64,000 nucleotides of DNA from Myxococcota bacterium (GTDB lineage Bacteria > Myxococcota_A > SURF-8), in contig CAXXQS010000001.1 of the NCBI GenBank assembly GCA_963674735.2, positions 864,001-928,000 on the forward strand, written 5' to 3'. Position 1 is the first letter of the stretch. Each line of letters begins with the position of its first letter. The notes below the pieces were generated by a model. That model was not told where the DNA came from and did not search any database. It worked only from the letters and a program-made list of their open reading frames with translations. This document shows, piece by piece, positions 58,062 through 64,000 of this stretch. The position numbers and the translations under genes are program-made.

Positions 58062-60605
58062 TCAGGGTTGAAGCAGTGTCTCTCTTGTTTTCTCGGCAAT
58101 GATCACATCACGATCATGCGGAATCAGTCGATACTCTCCATCGAGCCAATCGTCAATCTGATCCCCAAAACCGTATGGCATATTGTAGTAGGTTTGAAGC
58201 TTGCCGTTACTATCGAATGTCCACAGAAGTCGATAGACCGAACCGGCAGAAGAATAGCAACGTTCCATCAGGTCGCCTGAATCCCAACAGTGGCTTTGAC
58301 TGACGTTGACAGAGGAGTCATCGCCATTTTTGTTTTCACGCTTGATGATTTCTCCCGCAGGATTGTCGAAAACAGCCTCATGAATATCGCTCCACGCAAG
58401 GCTTCCGGCCTCACGAGCCGCGATGTCGGCTAAAGCATCGCCCATCGCCTGGATCATCAGCAATTCCGAGGATTCATCGAGAAACGTAGCGATCCTGTCT
58501 TTATGGATGTTCAGGGTGAACTTGGTCATGGTCACCGGTTGCGCATCATCCAGATCTTCAAAAAGCAGGGATATATCATCCCCCAGAGTTCGTTTTGACA
58601 AGTAAGCATACCAGATTCTAAATAATGCCGCTGCTTCCGAATCCCGAGTCACCATCTTATCCCAGGTTGATAGCAGATCGATCGCCTCTTGTATATCGAC
58701 GCGATCTTTGTACTCACTAAGGTTTTCGTCTGAACCAAGCAATTGACCGGCATTGGTGAGCATGGGAATAAGACCTGCAGCAAGGTTGCTGTAGCTATCC
58801 ATTTGAAGGGTCTTCATATCTTGAAGGGTGATCGGCTCAGTCCCGATCATGTCGTTTAACAAACCTGTAAGGCGTGTGGCGCGAAACCCAGGAGAGAAAT
58901 AGCTGCCGTAGTAAAATTCGTCGTTAAGCGGATTATTATCGTCCGTATGCCCCCAGGGATCGTTGTTCCCTGTTGCAATAAACGGACGCTGGGTGTGATC
59001 GAGGTAGGGAAGTTGCGTGTCAGGCAGAAAGTTCCCGTTCCAGAATGTACTCGAATCGGAACCGTCGAGAATACGGTTGGCTTGAGGTCGACTACCCATG
59101 GGACCACGATCGGGAACATTACCGTGCGCCATGAGGGTAAAACCTTCGGTACTGGCCGCCAGCCAGTTCTGCATTCCAGAAATCTGCAAGCGTGTCGCGG
59201 CTTGGAAGTCATCGAGTGTCGCCATGCGGTCGTAATCGAGATACTGGAAAACTTCGTGGCTTGGGCCGAACCCGACCCAGTTCATCAGGACACTGCCACT
59301 GGCAAAGAGAAACGAAGGAATGGGCAGGATATCTTCAGGTATCAGAATACCATATCTATCCACACTGCGGATTTCCAAGGTTTCAGTATCGAGCGTTCCA
59401 TCCTCCCGTTTGACACGGATGTCTTCCGTGCGACTATCAAACGGTATTTTATCGTTGCCGATGACAACTTTTCCATCGTTCGTAACTGTTACATCCCAAA
59501 TGTCCATTACATCGGCGAAGTTTGTGGTTGCACCCCAGGCAACCTTCGACGTATTGCCGACATGCACACCCGGTACTCCGGGAAACGAAAGTCCCATCAC
59601 ATCGAAACTTCCACCGGCATCTGCAGAATTGAGATGTGACAGGTACATATTGCTTGGGTAACCATAATGGGCGTGGGAATCGTTGGCTAGCATCGGGAAG
59701 CCGCTGGCTGTGTAGTCGCCGGAAATCGCCCAATTGTTGCTGCCTTCGCCAAGCCTCAATATTTCGCGGTATTCAAGTAATGCTTTTGTAAACGCTTCGA
59801 GTTCTACACAATCCTTCTCAGACAATACGTGTCCGGCAGTATTGGAAATGCTGCGCATCGTGTTGACAAAAGAAGCGGGCGCGCTCTCTGTCATGAAATA
59901 TGCTGACCCGCCCGGTTTGTATATGGGCAGTTCAGCCACGTTTGTCAACAATGTATCGAGCACGGAGGCGAGCATATCGAATTCCATGGTGCTGGAGAAA
60001 CCGAACACCATCATGATCCCGATTGAAATCAAATCATTTTGTGTAAACGGCTCGGGATCGAAATCATAGGTGATGAAGTCGCTTGGGAGATCTACATCTC
60101 CTGCTGTGATTTCTTCCACGCGCCGGTTAATTCCAGACGTATAGGCTACGACAAGCTGCCAGTCGTTCGGACGCTCGGCATTCATCAGGTCAATGCTCTG
60201 TTGAGCAATGCCGGTCAATCCTACCGTGCGCATGAGTTTATCCGATGTCAACTTTCTTTCACCGAATACTTCAGCGAGTCGACCAGTAGCGCGGCGACGG
60301 TTGATATCCAACTGGAATAGACGATCAACCGCTAGCTGGTATCCAGAAGCGAAAAAGAGATCGAGATCGTTCTTTGCAAAAATATGTGGCACCCCGGTCT
60401 GGTCGAAAAGGATTTCCACATTGTCGCTGAGGCCATTGAAGATTTCTACCGTTTCAGGATCCTGGTCATCATCGGTGTCGCCATCCGGACTGGTATTGTT
60501 TTCTTCATTACTGCTGCATGCCGTGATAAGCATGAGCAAAACTAGGATGCCGATCACGCGACCAAAGCCAGACACTCGAATTTGCTTTTCGGATATTCTC
60601 TTCAT
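58062..60605 (-). CDS. Penicillin acylase / AHL-acylase family (Ntn hydrolase) lipoprotein
   Basis: Lipobox ITAC; D..GVPHIFA..DRLFQ; catalytic GSNNW; LANDSH. Confidence 0.9.
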   Translation of the reverse strand: MKRISEKQIRVSGFGRVIGILVLLMLITACSSNEENNTSPDGDTDDDQDPETVEIFNGLSDNVEILFDQTGVPHIFAKNDLDLFFASGYQLAVDRLFQLDINRRRATGRLAEVFGERKLTSDKLMRTVGLTGIAQQSIDLMNAERPNDWQLVVAYTSGINRRVEEITAGDVDLPSDFITYDFDPEPFTQNDLISIGIMMVFGFSSTMEFDMLASVLDTLLTNVAELPIYKPGGSAYFMTESAPASFVNTMRSISNTAGHVLSEKDCVELEAFTKALLEYREILRLGEGSNNWAISGDYTASGFPMLANDSHAHYGYPSNMYLSHLNSADAGGSFDVMGLSFPGVPGVHVGNTSKVAWGATTNFADVMDIWDVTVTNDGKVVIGNDKIPFDSRTEDIRVKREDGTLDTETLEIRSVDRYGILIPEDILPIPSFLFASGSVLMNWVGFGPSHEVFQYLDYDRMATLDDFQAATRLQISGMQNWLAASTEGFTLMAHGNVPDRGPMGSRPQANRILDGSDSSTFWNGNFLPDTQLPYLDHTQRPFIATGNNDPWGHTDDNNPLNDEFYYGSYFSPGFRATRLTGLLNDMIGTEPITLQDMKTLQMDSYSNLAAGLIPMLTNAGQLLGSDENLSEYKDRVDIQEAIDLLSTWDKMVTRDSEAAALFRIWYAYLSKRTLGDDISLLFEDLDDAQPVTMTKFTLNIHKDRIATFLDESSELLMIQAMGDALADIAAREAGSLAWSDIHEAVFDNPAGEIIKRENKNGDDSSVNVSQSHCWDSGDLMERCYSSAGSVYRLLWTFDSNGKLQTYYNMPYGFGDQIDDWLDGEYRLIPHDRDVIIAEKTRETLLQP

Positions 60606-60679
60606 GAGTAAGCCTTTTCGTTTAGTGTTACCTTTCGCCAACGGATAGCAGCTATCCAGCGAAACCACAGGCCAATTTG

Positions 60680-61282
60680 TCATTCCCGGAACCCTTTGGC
60701 AAACAGATCTACCAACCGTATCAGGTCTTTATCCATTGACGAAAGCTTCTGACGACAGCCACCTTCAAACCATTCTCCAAGAATCGCACGGCTGGCTCCA
60801 AGCAGCGCGCCTGCCACGATATCGGCCCGCCGCTTGGATAAAAATGGCTTTCCAGTCCAGGATTGAAGGCTGGTGGAAATGATCTTTTCGAACTCGATAT
60901 CCAATTCCATATCTGAGGAGATCAACTCTTTGGAAGAGGTTACGATCCTGTATTCGTCCAGGAGTTGATCCTTTTGTTCTTGATACTCCTTCGATATGGC
61001 AAGCAGAGCACGTTTTAGCCGGTCGAAAGGATGGTTGGCGTCATGCCCATTTGCCAAATGTTGCCCGAGCGCTTCACGGCGATGGTCGTGATTCCAGAAC
61101 ACAATGGATTCTTTGGTCGTGAAATACCGGAAGAACGTACGTTGGGACACATCAGCCTGATCGACGATTTCATCGATCGTCGTAGCCTCAAATCCTTTTT
61201 CAAGGAAAAGCCGTGTGGCGACCTGAATCAGGAGTTCCTTGGTTTTGATTTTCTTTCGCTCTCGAAGTGGAAGACGTTCCAA
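60680..61282 (-). CDS. TetR family transcriptional regulator
   Basis: LRERKK..A.RLFLEKGFEATTIDEI...ADVSQRTFFRYF.TKE. Confidence 0.92.
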   Translation of the reverse strand: MERLPLRERKKIKTKELLIQVATRLFLEKGFEATTIDEIVDQADVSQRTFFRYFTTKESIVFWNHDHRREALGQHLANGHDANHPFDRLKRALLAISKEYQEQKDQLLDEYRIVTSSKELISSDMELDIEFEKIISTSLQSWTGKPFLSKRRADIVAGALLGASRAILGEWFEGGCRQKLSSMDKDLIRLVDLFAKGFRE

Positions 61283-61316
61283 CAGGTATCTCCTTTAGGT
61301 CATAATTCCAAGAATC

Positions 61317-63470
61317 TTACTCTCCGCGTAGACGCTCCGTAATTTCGTTGCGCAATGTTGCCTCCCTTGCAAATACAAACAAGCGCACCGGAATTTCATT
61401 CGATACAGGAATCGCGTTCAGAAGGATACGGCGACCGTCCATAGCAACTGGATAGGGAATGTCATCCACGCGATCCGGGAAAACCTCGAACACGTCATTC
61501 ACAGCCATATCGTCCTGTATGGTAACGGACACGCTTATTGTGCGTTCCGTCAAGATCCAGTGGGGTTCATCCTCTAATTGACCGAGTCCATATAACAAGC
61601 AATCTTGATCGGTAGGAGTCGTGTTGGCTGCCAGTGTTATGACAGGGACGATCAAGGCTTCCGGGCTGCGAATCGCTTCCACTATCGTATCATCATCGCT
61701 TGACGCTAATCCGGTCACATCGCCTTCGCGTAGTAACGGGCGGACGCCGCGTATCATCCAGTTGACATCCGACATGGCCTGCCATGTATCAGGGAATTCT
61801 TCAGCCAATTCCGTTCCAGCCTGGAACCACATCAAGCCCTTGCCTCCTGCTGCTACAACTTCAAATCCTTGAACGAGAATCTCCTGTGGGTCGGGATTGA
61901 TCGTCCAGCCGCCAAGTCCTTGCGAGTATAGCCATGTCGGCCAAGGCATGTGGTTGTTGCGTGCGTTTCGTAAATAGTCAAACGGTGCACGTAACGGGGG
62001 ATGATCACCGAAAGCCAGAATATGCGGCGCGCAGCCTGCCGCGTAGATATCAATCCCCTGGATATCGGTCATACCAGCAAATGCGCCAATATGCTTGTTG
62101 GTCATCGCGCCATTGTAGGTGAGCAATTCCGGGTAAGCACGCCAGACTTTCCGTGCTCGGGTGGCTTTATTTTCGGGTTTGGGGCCACCCTCATCTGTCG
62201 TGTAAGACCAGTCGGATTCATCACCGGTCAAGATCCCCGCAATGGCCGATGTATCAGTTAAGATCTCTAGTGGAGGATTGTCAAACGGGAAGTCGTCACC
62301 AAGCAAGACGTGAACATCACCGCGAGCAGGCAAGGTGTCGTTGAACATGCTCGCGTTGTCATAGTCACAACGGTCACCACCGTTCCAATAGTGGTAGAAG
62401 GTATCAATTGCGCCAGCAAGGAAGAAATCAGTGGCGGTATCATTGACTCCCGGAAGTGCACAATCGCCACCTTTCTGCCAGGCTTCGATTGGGAAAAACG
62501 GATTCAAGTGGCGTCCCACAGCCGCTACCGGAGATTGATTTTCAGCGTTGATAACGACAGTCCATGCGCTACCCGACACCGGAGCTTCACACAAGGGCGC
62601 CGACCACAGCGCGTGTTCTCCAGGCTTCAGCGTTTGTGAAGGAATGCAGATGGCATGCTCTTCCACGAGGTTCACGCCATTGTAAAATACGCGGGAAATA
62701 GTCAGCGCTTCGTCACCAGTGTTGGTAACATGAATTAGCAAGGTATCGCGGGCATCGTTGACGGTCACGTAGCCGATACTGATTGGTCGAACACGAACCT
62801 CAAACTCACCATTTACAGCGATACCGTTATCGGTTTCAATACGGATGTGACCGCTCTCCGCGCTATCCCACGAACTGTTTCTGGAATGAAACGCAAACCA
62901 GACGGGCTTTCCGGCTTCAACCTGTTCGGGCCACACATGCTGCCAGTCCATCGAGAGTTCTGTCAACAGATCAGCCACCGGTGTATCATTGATGAAAACA
63001 CCGGTTACCGTGCCGTCGGTCTGACTGATCGCCGCGATATGAAAACGTCCGCCATCCACGGGATCGTCAAGAGGCTCGCTGTATTGCTCGCTGGGTAAGA
63101 AATAGTCTTTGCGGTAGGATGCATAAATACCGTTGTCGACAGTCACCGTTCCACAGGATGACTGGATCGACCCGCAGGCGACCAGAGCGGATATGGGTTC
63201 AAAGCCGCCTGTTCCTTCTTCATATTCAAAATCATCGGCTTCTGTTTCAGCCCATTCTTTCTCCTCGTCAAGATCGACGTCCACATCTCCATCCACCATA
63301 TCCCCATCGGTTTCAGTGCTGTCGACATCATCTCCATCAGCCAGTTCTGTTTCAGTCGTGTCACCATCCTCAATATCGCCATCCAAGGCGTCACTATTGG
63401 ATGAACATCCTGATAAGATTAGCAGCGATACGGCTAGCATCAAGATGGATATTAGGCTCTTTTCAGTCAT
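61317..63470 (-). CDS. Lipoprotein with a DGD stalk; possible GH-like TIM-barrel C-terminal domain
   Basis: Lipobox LSGC; GDESD, GIDIY, GGKGLMWF motifs. Confidence 0.6.
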   Translation of the reverse strand: MTEKSLISILMLAVSLLILSGCSSNSDALDGDIEDGDTTETELADGDDVDSTETDGDMVDGDVDVDLDEEKEWAETEADDFEYEEGTGGFEPISALVACGSIQSSCGTVTVDNGIYASYRKDYFLPSEQYSEPLDDPVDGGRFHIAAISQTDGTVTGVFINDTPVADLLTELSMDWQHVWPEQVEAGKPVWFAFHSRNSSWDSAESGHIRIETDNGIAVNGEFEVRVRPISIGYVTVNDARDTLLIHVTNTGDEALTISRVFYNGVNLVEEHAICIPSQTLKPGEHALWSAPLCEAPVSGSAWTVVINAENQSPVAAVGRHLNPFFPIEAWQKGGDCALPGVNDTATDFFLAGAIDTFYHYWNGGDRCDYDNASMFNDTLPARGDVHVLLGDDFPFDNPPLEILTDTSAIAGILTGDESDWSYTTDEGGPKPENKATRARKVWRAYPELLTYNGAMTNKHIGAFAGMTDIQGIDIYAAGCAPHILAFGDHPPLRAPFDYLRNARNNHMPWPTWLYSQGLGGWTINPDPQEILVQGFEVVAAGGKGLMWFQAGTELAEEFPDTWQAMSDVNWMIRGVRPLLREGDVTGLASSDDDTIVEAIRSPEALIVPVITLAANTTPTDQDCLLYGLGQLEDEPHWILTERTISVSVTIQDDMAVNDVFEVFPDRVDDIPYPVAMDGRRILLNAIPVSNEIPVRLFVFAREATLRNEITERLRGE

Positions 63471-63492
63471 GGTATCTCCTCAATATCATGGT

Positions 63493-64000
63493 TCACTCCA
63501 ATGAGGACAATAGCTGAACCAGCGGATCGTCGTCAGTTGTCAGGGTTGAGCGAAATCTTTCGGCATAATCATAATCGCTTTCCTGGGCGGCCAATTGTGC
63601 TGCGCCAAGAATTAGCGCTTTCCAGTAGTCTGCATAGTCTTCCATGCTCCGGTTTTTAATAAATGACAGCTCAAACCCGGCAGCAGCCAACCGTTGCTTC
63701 TGATCCATCATTACCGTACCAAGCATATTCTTGTGTTTAAGCGCCGCTCGGATCTTTTTCTCTATAACTCGATCAATATTCACGATCGTTTCGCCATGAA
63801 CGAAATGGCGAGTGAAATAATATTGCCCTAGCGGTGTATGCGGCTCCAGTCGCTGCTCCATGTGCTCCGGGTGAAAGTTAGGATAGCCCGATGCCCAGCT
63901 TGCATCAGCTGCGGCCTTTGCGACAACGGCATGATCTGGATTTTCGTCATCCGTTGTTGTCGGGTCAAAACTTAGAATGATCTCTGGTTTGAATTTGCGG
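63493..64000 (-). CDS. PIG-L/LmbE family deacetylase, 5' part outside the window
   Basis: The open frame from the window end reads RKFKPEIILSFDP..ENPDH..; then KK..AL..H; YAE.F. Confidence 0.75.
   Translation of the reverse strand, partial: RKFKPEIILSFDPTTTDDENPDHAVVAKAAADASWASGYPNFHPEHMEQRLEPHTPLGQYYFTRHFVHGETIVNIDRVIEKKIRAALKHKNMLGTVMMDQKQRLAAAGFELSFIKNRSMEDYADYWKALILGAAQLAAQESDYDYAERFRSTLTTDDDPLVQLLSSLE

Noticed and set aside
31203-64000. Second copy of the tRNA-Asn 3' end (attR)
   Set aside because: None found by eye. Serine integrases often leave little duplication, or the island end lies outside the window.

Overview
Bacterial chromosomal window, probably from an anaerobic deltaproteobacterium/Myxococcota-like lineage (an inference from gene content and the acidic DGD-repeat lipoproteins). 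The left half (1-31 kb) holds a degenerate IS4-family element, housekeeping genes (MBL hydrolase, DUF192, TPR protein, TatD, TcdA), a sigma54-driven RND efflux operon, TetR, a single-chain fusion of a glycyl-radical activating enzyme with a glycyl radical enzyme, a receiver-less RstA-like regulator facing an EF-hand gene, gltB, and ISAs1 and IS3 elements. At tRNA-Asn(GTT) (31127-31202) an integrative island begins, with a large serine recombinase whose C-terminus is read antisense through the tRNA. The island carries a defence cluster (McrBC, TPR-HEPN LA2681, Type IIG RM with an apparently swapped TRD) and a compact three-gene graspetide precursor / ATP-grasp / 3-TM protein module with no protease or exporter. 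That module is the best candidate for an undescribed system, possibly antiphage. Further on are a ThiF / Gly-zipper peptide / 33-aa microprotein triplet and DUF2958. The right end encodes a 2-hydroxyacyl-CoA dehydratase pair, an Ntn acylase, TetR, a lipoprotein and a partial PIG-L deacetylase. All calls come from reading motifs by eye; no database searches were run.
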